DNA of 64,000 nucleotides from Octopus sinensis (taxonomy: Eukaryota), in NCBI RefSeq assembly GCF_006345805.1, contig NC_043000.1, forward strand, positions 153,326,001 through 153,390,000, in the 5' to 3' direction. The notes below the pieces were generated by a model. The model searched no databases, had not been told where the DNA came from, and saw only the letters and a program-made list of their open reading frames with translations. The position numbers and the translations under genes are program-made. Below are positions 25,231-38,728 of the stretch, one piece after another. Numbering within the stretch: the stretch's first letter is position 1; each line of letters opens with the position of its first letter.

Positions 25231-26269
25231 AGAGACCATGGGTGAACCCAACGGTAGTGGGTATAGATATTTAGGGATTTGGGAGCTGGATGACATTCTA
25301 CACGGGTCAGCAAGGCGTATCAAAAAAGGGTGAAGATGGTGTTGAAATACCAAATACCTGAATACCTGAATACCAAATATTTGATTACCGCAATGAATAT
25401 CTGGACAGTTGCAGTGGTCAGATATAGTGCGTCTATATATAGGAAATATCAACACTGGGTGGAAGGACGGGGAAGTTGATGACGCTGCACGGGGCGCTAC
25501 ACCCTAAAGCAAGCGTATACAGATTGTATATGAAAAGAAAGAATGGTGGCAGAGGACTAATTAGTATAGGCCATTGTATAAGGAGTGAAAGGAGAACGCT
25601 TGCCGAGTATTTGATAAATAGTGATGAGGACCTGCTGCAATGTGCTGCGAAAGATATAGGTGTAAATACAGATGAAATGATGGACAAGGAAGAGTTTAAC
25701 CAAAGAGCTGAGGAGAATAGAAAAGAAGACCTTTGAGAACGCATGGACAGTTTGAAATGAAAACACAAGACGTTAAGGATAATACAGCATCGTGGGCATG
25801 GCTTGAACGAGGTGATGTGAAGTGTACCACCGAAAGCCTGATCATTGCGGCACACGACCAGGGTGTCGCTACCAATTCAGCGAAGTATAACATCTATAGA
25901 ACTTCTGACAACCAGAAATGCAGACTCTGTGGAAAGAGTGTGGAAAATGTGACTCTCTTAGTAATTGGATGTGAGAGCCTTGCACAAAAAGAATACAAGC
26001 GCCGCAACGATAAAGTGTGTGTGTATCTTCATTGACTCTTATGCCGTAAATACCAATATGAAGTAACAGAGAACTGGTATGAGCATGTACCAAGTAAAGT
26101 TATGCAGGAAGATGGAAAAGTAACGATACTCTGGGACTCTGATTTTCAGACGGATCGTGTAATCGATTGAATTAGAAAGACAAATACTGTCAGATCATTG
26201 ATGTAGCCATACCAAATGATACAAATGCTGTAGTACATCTCCAGCTTTAGAAGTTGTGCAAAGGCAATA

Positions 26270-26275
<6 letters not shown>
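25225..26275 (+). pseudogene. Decayed R4/Dong element of a different subfamily (RT thumb to endonuclease)
   Basis: Fragmented peptides GYRYLGIWELDDIL, RLYMKRKNGGRGLISI, WAWLERG...ESLIIAAHDQG, CRLCGKSVENV...GCESLAQKEYKRRNDKV parallel the intact element. Many stops and frameshifts; ends at (TAA)n 26271-26340. Confidence 0.85.
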
Positions 26276-26335
<60 letters not shown>

Positions 26336-26344
26336 TAATAATCT

Positions 26345-26775
26345 TTTCTGCTATAGACACAAGGTTTGAAATTCTGGGTGAGGGGACTAGTCGATTACAT
26401 GGACACCAGTGTTTCACTGGTACTTAATTTATCGACCCCGAAATGTTAAAACGCAAAGTTAACCTCGGAGGAATTTGAACTCAGAATGTAGCGACGGGCG
26501 AAATATCACATACTAACGATGCTGCCTGCTCACCACCTTAATAACTATTTCTACTCTAGGCACAAGGTCTTCAAAAATTTTGTGGAGAAGTCGATTTTGG
26601 GGGGGCTAGTCGATTACATTGACTCCAGTGCATAACTGGTACTTATTTTACCGATCCCGAAAGGATGAAAGGCAAAGCCGACCTCGGCAGAGTTCAAATT
26701 CAGAACGTAGCGGCAGACGAAATACTACTAAGTATTTTACCCGGTGTGCTAACGATTCTGCCAGCTCGCCACCTT
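26345..26775 (-). mobile_element. Two tandem SINE family B copies
   Basis: Core actggtacttaatttatcgaccccga... at about 26415 and 26635. Confidence 0.8.
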
Positions 26776-27001
26776 GAGTATCAGCACTCAATTACCAACA
26801 TTGCTGAAAAAGATCAGTGCAAGTGTGAAGGTAGAACACCTACAAAAATCAACATTGCTTGGAACTGCAAGAATTCTTCGCAGGCTTCTTGAAGCATGAC
26901 TAGTAAACTAGTATCACCTTAGTCTGCTGGCTGTGGACTGCTGACACTTTCCCTCATACCCAGCAAAATAAACTGTGAGTTCTCATATAATAATAATAAT
27001 A

Positions 27002-27042
<41 letters not shown>

Positions 27043-27055
27043 TCAATAATAATAA

Positions 27056-27516
<461 letters not shown>

Positions 27517-27535
27517 TTAATAATAATAATAATAA

Positions 27536-30500
27536 CACCGGGGGACTTTTAAGATGTAAGAAGGAAAATTCAGAGCTCCGAAACCTATCCACAAACATCG
27601 AAAACAAGGACATCCTATGGAGCCAAAGTTTTACTAACAAAGAATTGGACTGTATCCGAGTAAGTAATACAAATTGAAATTTATTACTATTTTCGAAACG
27701 AAATGATGTATTTTGACTCGATATCATCTCCACCTCTAACGCAACACATGTAAACATGCGTGAAACATCACGATCATCTCCGACCCCAAACACCATGTAC
27801 AAAGGAACTACGAAGAAATTAAATGCCACCGATACTATTCAACCCAAGAATAACAATCGAGCGGTACGTACATTAAACCTACAACAAAAAATGTACGAAA
27901 AACTACACGTGCGAAATAATGTGACAACAGAAATAAACGGACCGGTACCCTACGAAAATGACGACCGTCAAAATAATGGGCCGGACGTTGTACCTCATGT
28001 CCCGCAAATAAAACCCAAAAGACGTAAATGGACACGTGAGGAATACATTTCTATCTTACACGCATACTTCACAGCAGTACTCTACCCAAAAAATGAAAAT
28101 ACAACAACACATACATATAAAATATGGAAGGAAAATAATAGAGATTTAGACTTGGATACAGCAATGAACCCTAATAAATTAGCTAACGTACGAAGATACA
28201 TTCTCAACACAAAAAAAATATCAGAAATAGAAATAGAACACCTAAAAGAAAACATACACCAGGAAAATGTAGATAGAAGCCACACAACAATGCCCAATAA
28301 TATAAACACTGAAACTGTAAAACACGAAGACAAACGCAACATTCCCAACAAACACGATGTAAACAACGAAGGGGAGCCTAATGATTATGATAATATAAAA
28401 AATAAAATAATCAAAGAACTGAAAACCACAGAGCTCACAATGGACCACCGACCATACCTCCCAAGAATCAAAATAAACAAAATAACAACACCTATTATAA
28501 ACAGCATAAACCTAGCCGTCACTGAACTGATAGCCACTGAATAAAAAAAAGTGATATCACTGAGCTAAATAACCTAATATACGCAGCAGCCACTGCAGCC
28601 ACAAAAGAAGCTGGATACTCACCCAAACCCGCCCAAACAGGAGTACCACCACCCAAACAAACCCTGTGGATAAATAACATCCAAAGCAAAATAAAAAAAA
28701 ATAGAAAAGACCTGTCGATTCTTAATGAAATCAGCAAAGAATCAACGCTACTGAGCAACAAAAAGAGAACAAAAATACTCCGCAAATATAACATCACAGA
28801 AAAAGATTTGCCTGAAATAAAAGAAAAGCTGAAGCAAGATATCCTTGCCAAAGCACAAAGGATCCGCCGGTACAAGAAACGCCAACGCTTCTTTGAAGAA
28901 AACAAAAAGTTCAACTCCAACCCCAAAAAGTTCTACCAAGAACTGGGCAAAAATAAAATAGAAGTCACTGCAGCACCAACGGCAGAAGAATTGGAAGAAT
29001 TCTGGGGAGAAATATGGTCGGCGAACGAACCACCAAAAAAAAGGAGTATCAAAATAACAAACTCGGCATCTGAACAAATTTGGACCCCCATAACAACTGA
29101 AGAGGTCACCCAGGCACTGCAAAGACTAAGCAACTGGAAGGCACCTGGGCATGACAAGATCCCCAACTTCTGGTTGAAATATCTAACAGGAATGCACAAA
29201 AAGCTGGCTGAAAACTTTAACAACGTACTAGCAGAGCCAGAGACAATGCCTGAATGGCTCACGAAGGGGAAAACCATCTTAATTCCCAATCAAATGAAAC
29301 AGAAAAACCAGAAAACTACAGACCAATAACCTGCCTCCCTACTATGTTCAAGGCATTTACTGCAGTGATATCACAAAGGCTGAACAAGCACCTGGACGAA
29401 AACAAACTGTTCCCAGAAGAGCAGAAAGGATGCCGCAAAGGCTCATATGGCTGTAAAGATCAACTAATGATTAATAAAGCCATAACTGAAGACAGCCACA
29501 GAAAGAAGAAAGGCCTCAGTATGGCCTGGATTGACTACAAAAAGGCGTTTGATAGCATCCCCCACACATGGATCCTCGAAACACTAGCCATTAACAAAGT
29601 AGCACCAACAATCATAAAATTCATAGAGCACTCTATGAATAAATGGCAAACAGTCCTACACCTCCAAACAAAAGAGGGACTCATGAAAACCAAAGACATC
29701 CCCATTAGAAGAGGAATATTCCAGGGAGACACGCTCTCTCCACTCCTTTTCTGCTTGGCACTATCACCTCTATCTGATATGCTAAATAGAACTGGATGCG
29801 GATATAAATGTTACGGCAAAACGATCAGCCACCTTTTATATATGGATGACCTAAAACTATACGCTGCAAATGACAAACAGCTGGAAACACTATTAAAGAC
29901 AGTTCATGGATTTACCAAAGAAATATATATGAAATTTGGATTAGAAAAATGCGCCAAAGTAACCATGAAAAGAGGAAAACTAGTTAAGAGTAACAACATC
30001 ACACTAGATGAAGCAAATGAAATAAAAGAATTAGACCAAAGCCAAACTTACAAATACTTAGGAATCCATGAACTAGATAAGACACAACACACACAAATGA
30101 AAGAGAAAATAAAAAAAGAATATTATAGACGAGTTAGATCAATACTAAACACAGAGCTCAATGCTAAAAACAAGATAATAGGTATCAACACTTTAGCTGT
30201 CCCAGTTATAAGTTACAGCTACAATATCCTTAACTGGACACGAAATGAACTGACCAAAATAGACAGGAAAACAAGAAAAATAATGACAGGATCTAGGATG
30301 CATCACCCAAAATCTGACATAGAAAGACTATATATACAACGTATAGAAGGTGGTAGAGGCCTTATACAGCTGGAAAACTACTATAAAATAACCACCATAG
30401 GACTGCAAAAATATCTACTTCAGAAGGAAGGAAAACTGATCCAGATAGCGGCAAAACACGAGCAAAACAAAAACTGTTCTCAGTATTTAAGGAAGCTGAC

Positions 30501-31506
30501 AAATACAAACAAGAAATCATACCACCTAATAAACATGAAGAAGAAGAAGAAGAAGAAGAAGATGAAGAAACAACAAAAGCTATAAAAAAAATGAAATCCA
30601 AACTAAAAATAGAACAGCAACGAACCATGATAAAACGATGGCAAGAAAAGCCCCTTCATGGTAAATACTGGACTAAACTAAACGCAAAAGAAATAGACAA
30701 AGAAAAATCCCAGCAATGGTTGAGAAGCTCAGGACTCAAAGCAGAAACAGAGGGATTTTTAATTGCAGCACAAGACCAAAGCCTCCCCACCAGAAATTAC
30801 CAAAAACATGTAATGAAAAGAAATATTACAAGTAACTGCAGAATATGTGGAGATGGACAAGAAACAATAAATCATATTATCTCTAGCTGCCCAGTCCTGG
30901 CTAAGAAGGAATATATTCACAGACATGACAGAGTTGGAACCTACATACATTGGAAGCTATGCCAACATTATGGAATAACAACAGAAAAAAGATGGTATAG
31001 GCACACACCAGAAAAGGTCACAGAAAACGAGAAAGCAACCATAATCTGGGATATGCCGATACACACAGATAGAGAAATTAAGGCCAACAGACCAGATATA
31101 GTTGTCAGAAACCATGAAGAAAAAAAATGCTTTCTAATTGATGTATCAGTACCGGCAGATGACAACGTGTCTCTAAAAGAAATGGAGAAACTCTCAAAAT
31201 ACAAAGACCTGGAAACAGAGGTAACTAGAATGTGGAATCTGAAAACAGAAACAATTCCTATCATAGTAGGTGCATTAGGCATGATAAAAAAATATTCAGA
31301 CAAATACGTAACAAAAACACCAGGACTTACAAACACATATAACATACAGAAAATTGCACTACTAGGCACTGCACACATCCTACGCAGAACACTTTCCATG
31401 CAATAACCATCAGAGCATCACAACAAATCACAGCACATACCCAAGGCACACAGAGCTGCGCTCGGTAGTGAAGTGAAAGCACGCTATAAAAATAAAAATA
31501 AAACTA

Positions 31507-31509
<3 letters not shown>
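27536..31509 (+). mobile_element. Full-length R4/Dong-clade non-LTR retrotransposon (restriction-like endonuclease type) inserted in a (TAA)n array
   Basis: Flanked by (TAA)n on both sides (27416-27535, 31510-31560). About 220-bp 5' UTR and 100-bp 3' UTR. Encodes Myb-like RRKWTREE, RT motifs NYRPITCL / GIFQGDTLSPLLF / HLLYMDDLKLY, zinc knuckle CRICGDGQETINHIISSC, RHD, and endonuclease RPDIVV...LIDVSVP...KLSKYKDL. Confidence 0.93.
27756..31406 (+). CDS. R4/Dong polyprotein (Myb-like, RT, CCHC, RLE), about 1217 aa after repairing three -1 frameshifts
   Basis: Track ORFs 27756-28544, 28808-29329 (frame open from 28553), 29254-30585 and 30591-31406 (frame open from 30474) join into one frame if one A is added at 28540-41, 29288-89 and 30469-73. 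No other in-frame stop seen. Confidence 0.85.
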
Positions 31510-31560
<51 letters not shown>

Positions 31561-31564
31561 CCTT

Positions 31565-32037
31565 TATCACATTATAGGCACAAGGCCTGAAATTTTGACA
31601 GAGGTGACTAGCCGATTACATCAACCTCAGAATTTCACTGGTACTTAATTTATCGTCCCCGAAAGAATGAAAGGCAAATTCGACCTCGGTGTAATTTGAA
31701 CCCAGAATGTAGCGACAGGCGAAATGCCGCTAATCATTTCGTCCCATTTTATTTTTTGAGGTGGGGAGGCGGAATAGTCGATTACACCGACCCAGTATTT
31801 CACTGCTGCTTAATTTATGGACCTAGAAATAATGAAATGCAAAGACGACCTCAGCGGAATTTGAAATCAGAACTCAGCGACGGGCGAAATACCGCTAAGC
31901 ATTTTGTCCAACGTGTTAGCGATTCTTTTCTACTCTAGGTACAAGGCTCGAAATGTTGGGGGAGGGGGTCAGTCGTTTAGATTGACCCCAGTACGCAACT
32001 GGTAGTTAATTTATCGACTCCGAAAGGATGAAAGACA
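31565..32037 (-). mobile_element. Cluster of three SINE family B fragments (segment Z)
   Basis: Repeated core; the segment is duplicated at 33309-33786. Confidence 0.8.
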
Positions 32038-32295
32038 ACTACTAAGTTGCGGGGACATGAATGAAGTAACACCGGTTGGTAACTGATGGATTAAGGGAGC
32101 GACAATGTGCAGGTTGTTTAGCAAGAAGTTACGGAACCGTCTTTGTCGGAATGCGAGAGACGACCATCATTATATACTTGTAATATTTTACATTAAGTAT
32201 TACTAACAGAAAGACCACCCTCGGGCAGTTTTCTGCTAGCCACTTGATAATAGTTTCACATTTGATTCCCAATACATTTATATGCTAAATACATA

Positions 32296-32981
32296 TAGGA
32301 GTGGCTGTGTGGTAAGTAGATGGCTTACCAACCACATGGTTCCGGGTTCAGTCCCACTGCGTGGAACCTTGGGCAAGTGTCTTCTGCTATAGCCTCGGGC
32401 CGACCAATGCCTTCTGAGTGGATTTGGTAGACGGAAACTGAAAGAAGCCCGTCGTATATATGTATATCTAAGACTATATGACGAGGGTATTGATACGATC
32501 ACGTTGCTCGTGAATTAACGTGCATGTGAGCATTGACTTGTACCCTTAACGTAGTTCTTGGGGATAATCAGCGTGACACAGAGAGTGACAAGGCTACCTT
32601 TGAAATACGTCCTCCGTTGCAGCTGAGTGGACGGTGCAACGTGAAATAAACGCTCAAGGACACAACGCGTTGCCGGAATCGAACTCACATTACGATCATG
32701 AGCCGAATGCCCTAACACTAAGACGCGTCACATATATTATATGTATGTGTGTGTGTATATATGTTTGTGTGTCTGTGTTTGTCGCCCCTAGCATCGCTTG
32801 ACAACCGATGCTGGTGTGTTTACGTCCCCGTTACTTAGCGGTTCGGCAAAAGAGACCGATAGAATAAGTACTGGGCTTACAAAGAATAAGTCCCGGGGTC
32901 GATTTGCTCGACTAAAGGCGGTGTTCCAGCATGGCCGCAGTCAAATGACTGAAACAAGTAAAAGAGTAAAAGAGTAAAGAG
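32296..32981 (+). mobile_element. SINE family A with nested SINE-C; 9-bp TSD tatatgcta
   Basis: TSD at 32279-32287 and 32982-32990. The empty site is visible in the paralogous segment at 35302-35310. Confidence 0.9.
32480..32730 (-). mobile_element. SINE family C nested in a SINE-A microsatellite
   Basis: Head cttagtgttagggc...gttcgattcc, then ttgtgtccttgagc...tccactcagctg. Confidence 0.75.
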
Positions 32982-33144
32982 TATATGCTATAAAAAAACT
33001 TTGGGAAATTATGATTTTTTTTTTGTTTGCAACCCCACTCCCCGCCCACAATTTTTTCTGTTTAGAAATTAAAATACTGGAGATCCTGAGGTGATTGCTG
33101 GCATTTATCCACAGAAATTGTTTTAAATTACGGAGATATATATA

Positions 33145-33307
<163 letters not shown>

Positions 33308-33308
33308 T

Positions 33309-34086
33309 CTTTATCATATTATAGGCACAAGGCCTGAAATTTTGGCAGAGGTGACTAGCCGATTACATCAACCTCGGAATTTCACTGGTACTTAATTTAT
33401 CGTCCCCGAAGGAATGAAAGGCAAATTCGACCTCGGTGTAATTTGAACCCAGAATGTAGCGACAGGCGAAATACCGCTAATCATTTCGTCCCATTTTATT
33501 TTTTGAGGTGGGGAGGCGGAATAGTCGATTACACCGACCCAGTATTTCACTGCTGCTTAATTTATGGACCTAGAAATAATGAAATGCAAAGACGACCTCA
33601 GCGGAATTTGAAATCAGAACTCAGCGACGGGCGAAATATCGCTAAGCATTTTGTCCAACGTGTTAACGATTCTTTTCTACTCTAGGAACAAGGCCCGAAA
33701 TGTTGGGGGAGGGGGCTAGTTGTTTAGATTTACCCCAGTACGCAACTGGTAGTTAATTTATCGACTCCGAAAGGATGAAAGACAAAGTCGACTTCTACGG
33801 AATTTTAACTCAGAAAGTAAAGAACTCAGAAATACCACGAAGAATTTCACCCAGCGTGCTAGCATTTCTTATTTCTTTATTGCCCACAAGGGGCTACACA
33901 TGGAGGGGACAAACAAGGACAGGCAAAGAGATTAAGTCGATTACATCGACCCCAGTGTGTAACTGGTACTTTTTTAATCGACCCCGAAATGATGAAAGGC
34001 AAAGTCGACCTCTACGGAATTTGAACTCAGAAATAACACTAAGCATATCACCCGGCGTGCTAAAGTTTCTGCCAGCTCGCCGCCTT
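33309..34086 (-). mobile_element. SINE family B cluster (copy of Z plus a further copy at 33871-34086)
   Basis: Repeated core and head. Confidence 0.8.
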
Positions 34087-34308
34087 AATAATATTAATGA
34101 TAATAATAATAATAATAATAATAATGATAATGTTTTATTACTGCAAACTTCTAGATAGCCATGTTGATAATGGGGCTTACTGATTTAAATGTTGGACTGT
34201 CAGTCCAGATATAGAACGTTCCTCAACATCCTGACAATATTACTTTTGGTACCATTACGTCGATCTGATAGCAGCGCGAGTCATAAAATTTATCTTTATA
34301 GCTATTTC

Positions 34309-34345
<37 letters not shown>

Positions 34346-34630
34346 TTTCAATGAATTAATCGGCATTAAGATATTGGTTTATTTTATCAGGTAAGTCACA
34401 TCGTAAAAACCGATACACCTGTAAGTGTGGTTGAGTCAGTTTAAATTTTGTGTTTACAGATTGTGGAGAATTGCCAATAACGTGTGAGCATATTCAGAGA
34501 CAAACTAAGACGCCATTAAGTCTTAAAATAACTTCTTTTCTCGTATATATCTTTTACTTCTTCCAGTCATTGGACTGTGGCCATGCTGGAGCACTGCCTT
34601 GAAATGTTCAAGCTAATAACTTTATCCTAT

Positions 34631-35017
34631 TACTCTTTACTCTCTTTTACTTGTTTCAGTCATTTGACTGCGGCCATGCTGGAGCACCGTCTTTAGTCGA
34701 GCAAATTGACCCCGGGACTTATTCTTTGTAAGCCCAGTACTTATTCTATCGGTCTCTTTTGCCGAACCGCTAAGTGACGGGGACGTAAACACACCAGCAT
34801 CGGTTGTCAAGGGACAAACACAGACACACACATACATACATATATATATATACGACAGGCTTCTTTCAGTTTCCGTCTACCAAATCCACTCACAAGACAT
34901 TGGTCGGCCATGGGCTATAGCAGAAGACACTTGCCCAAGATGCCACGCAGTGGGACTGAACCCGGAACCATGTGGTTGGTTAGCAAGCTACTTGCCACAC
35001 AGCCACTCCTGCGCCTA
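34631..35017 (-). mobile_element. SINE family A
   Basis: Near-full match; an extra tail fragment lies at about 34550-34605. Confidence 0.9.
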
Positions 35018-35826
35018 TTACTTATTTTTATTTTAAGCCTGGTCCATATTCTATCTGCCGAACTACTAGGTTGCGGGACATGAATGAAGTAACACCGGTT
35101 GGTAACTGATGGATTAAGGGAGCGACAATGTGCAGGTTGTTTAGCAAGAAGTTACGGAACCGTCTTTGTCGGAATGCAAGAGACGACCATCATTATATAC
35201 TTGTAATATTTAACATTAAGTATTACTAACAGAAAGACCACCCTCGGGCAGGTTTCTGCTAGCCACTTGATAATAGTTTCACATATGATTCCCAGTACAT
35301 TTATATGCTATAAAAAAAAATTGGGGGAAATTATGATTTTTTTTTTTTGCAACCCCACTCCCTGCCCACAATTTTTTCTGTTTAGAAATTTAAATACTGG
35401 AGATCCTGAGAAGGTGATTGCTGGAATTTATCCACAGAGATTGTTTCAAATTACGGAGATATACTTGCATAGCAAGTGACTTGATCTGAGATCGTGTGCT
35501 GAAACAAAAACAATTGCAGCATAGATGTTTCTAAGCCATTTAAGAACACACAAAAACCGTTAGTTTCACAGCACAACATAAATGCGAAGGTCCCGATGCA
35601 TCTACGTTACGATATGAAGGGGATGCTAAATTTGAGGTAAGTTTTTAGGGTTAAGGTTAGGGTTAGGATGTCATTACACATCCACACAGCGTACATTTAA
35701 AATGCTTTGTACGTAAGACCTGTATTTAAGTTGTAAATAAGGCAAATGGCGAAAGCGGATTGGCCGATGTTGGGTCCGTCCACATCATGTTGTGAATTGC
35801 ACCTTACGGAAACGGGAAAATAGTTA

Positions 35827-35958
35827 GAAGAAGAAGAAGAAGAAGAAGAAGAAGAAGAAGAAGAAGAAGAAGAAGAAGAAGAAGAAGAAGAAGAAGAAGA
35901 AGAAGAAGAAGAAGAAGAAGAAGAAGAAGAAGAAGAAGAAGAAGAAGAAGAAGAAGAG
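35827..35958. repeat. (GAA)n microsatellite
   Basis: Direct reading. Confidence 0.97.
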
Positions 35959-36567
35959 GAAGTGATAAAAAATATATAAAATACTTCTCGTGATTATTGT
36001 AACAAACGTGATTGTGTGTGTGTTTTACTTATATGTCCGTCGAGTTGTCCATCTAGAGTTTGTGCCTTTGTCGACCTAATTGATTATGTATATAATGTTT
36101 GAGCCCCTGTTTCTTCACTCCTTCTGTTTCCACCCCACATTTTCTCTCATTCTCTCACTCTTTCTCCCCTCCCCCCCTCTCTCTCTCTGTTTTTCTCTCA
36201 TCCGCTACAGCTTTTGGCTTGTTTGCCTTCAAACCGTAAACTATGCAACCACTGCTGCACTGGTAATATCCTCGAAAAGCGTCATTTCCAAGGTTGTCAT
36301 GATTGACATATTGATTATCAAGCGTCGTAGAAAAGATACATATCAGTCTAGCACTGTAGAAGGAGACTATGCATTCAACTTGTAATTCGCCAGCATAGTT
36401 TGTTATGATCGCATTTTATAGCCCTTGGCAGCTTGAAGCTTAACTGCCTTGTTTCCCTATTCATTTAAAAGTATAACAAATACGTCGGAGGATCCTATTA
36501 CTTATCTTGAAAAGAAGCAGAGAAATATTTCGATGGAAATAAGACGATGTCTAATACATAACTAAAT

Positions 36568-36741
36568 AGGCGCAGGAGTGACTGTGTGGTAAGTAGCTTG
36601 TTTACCAACCACATGGTTCCGGGTTCAGTCCCACTGCGTGGCACCTTGGGCAAGTGTCTTCTACTATAGCCTCGGGCCGACCAAAGCCTTGTGAGTGGAT
36701 TTGGTAGACGGAAACTGAAAGAAGCCCGTCGTATATATGTA

Positions 36742-36834
<93 letters not shown>

Positions 36835-37100
36835 TACATATATATGACGGGCTTCTTTATATATATATATATATATATATATATGCGTGTGTGTGTTTAT
36901 GTGTCTGTGTTTGTCCCCTAGCATTGCTTGACAACCGATGCTGGTGTGTTTACGTCCCCGTTAATTAGCGGTTCGGCAAAAGAGACCGATAGAATAAGTA
37001 CTGGGCTTGCAAAAGAATAAGTCTCGGGGTCGAGTTGCTCGATCAAAGGCGGTGCTCCAGCATGGCCGCAGTCAAATGACTGAAACAGGCAAAAGAGAAA
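36568..37100 (+). mobile_element. SINE family A with an internal inverted duplication
   Basis: Full match plus a palindrome at 36718-36858. Confidence 0.9.
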
Positions 37101-37734
37101 AAAAAAAGAAAGAGAATGAAAGTAGCGGATGGAATTTAATTTCGTATATTTCCTAAATGGCTGAATTAACCACATACAGGAATCAGTCTCATTTCTGATC
37201 AAGACAAATCAAAATAGTTTTCATAATGCTTGCATTTACACAATAGTCACAAAGATACTTTTAATGACTTGCACATATCTTATTTCAACAGATTATCTTT
37301 ATACTAATTTATTTGTATGACGTAAATAAAACAATACCGTTTGAATGCTTGATTTATTCGAAATTCTGTTTGCTAATCCGAGATGTGATGGTTACTCAAA
37401 CTTAATTTAAGCGACGTAATTTTTATGACACATGTATAATATCTTCCTCAGATATGTGAAACAATCGATATGTCTGGTCGTATCTTGGATGTTTAAAGTC
37501 TTCACATACCATGTTCTTTACCAAATATTTAGAAGATATCACTTTCTGTTCTTAGATTATAAAAGCATAACATTAAATAAGGAATACTATTCTCAGGAAG
37601 CTTGCATTTTCTATTGATATTGGTTCATACCAATAGTGAATGTTTTTCTTTTCTTCTCCATACCGTTATTATATTACGTTTATCCAGTAGTTCTGGAATC
37701 GGATGGAGCATTGTCGGTATTTTAAGAATAAGAC

Positions 37735-37970
37735 AGTGAGCCGGCAGAATCGTTAGCACGCCGGGCGAAATGCTTAGTGGTATTTCGTCTGCTACTACGT
37801 TCTGGGTTCAAATTCCGCCAAGGTCGACTTTGCCTTTCATCCTTTCGGGGTCGATTAAATAAGTACCAGTTACGCACTGGGGTCGATATAATTGACTTAA
37901 TCCGTTTGTCTGTCCTTGTTTATCCCCTCTGTGTTTAGCCCCTTGTGGGTAGTAAAGTAATAGGTATTTT
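37735..37970 (+). mobile_element. SINE family B with a 16-bp TSD
   Basis: ggtattttaagaataa at about 37716-37731 and 37963-37978. Confidence 0.9.
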
Positions 37971-38685
37971 AAGAATAACGGCCGGGAACCGACGCAGTTT
38001 ACCTGCGCAAAAGATTTCACACATGCGCACGAAGGGACCCGTCACCTCCCACCCAAAGGATTTTGCCCATGCGATACTAGTTTTGGCGGGAAAAATAAAG
38101 TCGGATACTTTTAGACGCACCACGTACTCCCGACTCGTGAAATCTTACTTTCCCTACATTTACCTATTCAAAGGAGAAATAGTTTTGGCAGTCATTGTTT
38201 GGGAGATATTGTCCAAGTGACCTATATGATACACGGTACAAGGTCTTAAACAGCTTACTGTAGCTTTTCTATTGAGATAGAACTGCTGGTATCTTCATTT
38301 CGGAGGAAGGATCCAGGTGTTGTCAAGATCATGCAGATTTTAATATCAATGGAACTTATTTTCTCTTCACACCAGCCACATCGCTCAAATGTTGCTATCT
38401 CTACAAGCTCTGAAAATAAGCTATTGGTGGGGCATGCATATTGTCTTCGAGGAGGAACGCCCAAGGTGCCGTATTGTTTAAGACCTACTTTATTAATTTT
38501 GGTAACTCTATCTACCGAACAAGACGCATTTCCATCAACACCTTGATAATTGTAGCATTCATTGCATATAACAGAGGGGATATAAAGAGAAACCATTGAT
38601 GCTGATGAAAAAGCGCTTTTCCATCTACATGTATGTATGTATGTATGTATGTATGTATGTATGTATGTATGTATGTATGTATGTA

Positions 38686-38728
<43 letters not shown>

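Noticed and set aside
28539-30473. Programmed -1 ribosomal frameshifting as the explanation for the split Dong ORF
   Set aside because: Three separate sites, no shared slippery heptamer or downstream structure seen, and R4-clade elements have a single ORF; sequencing error or mutation is simpler.
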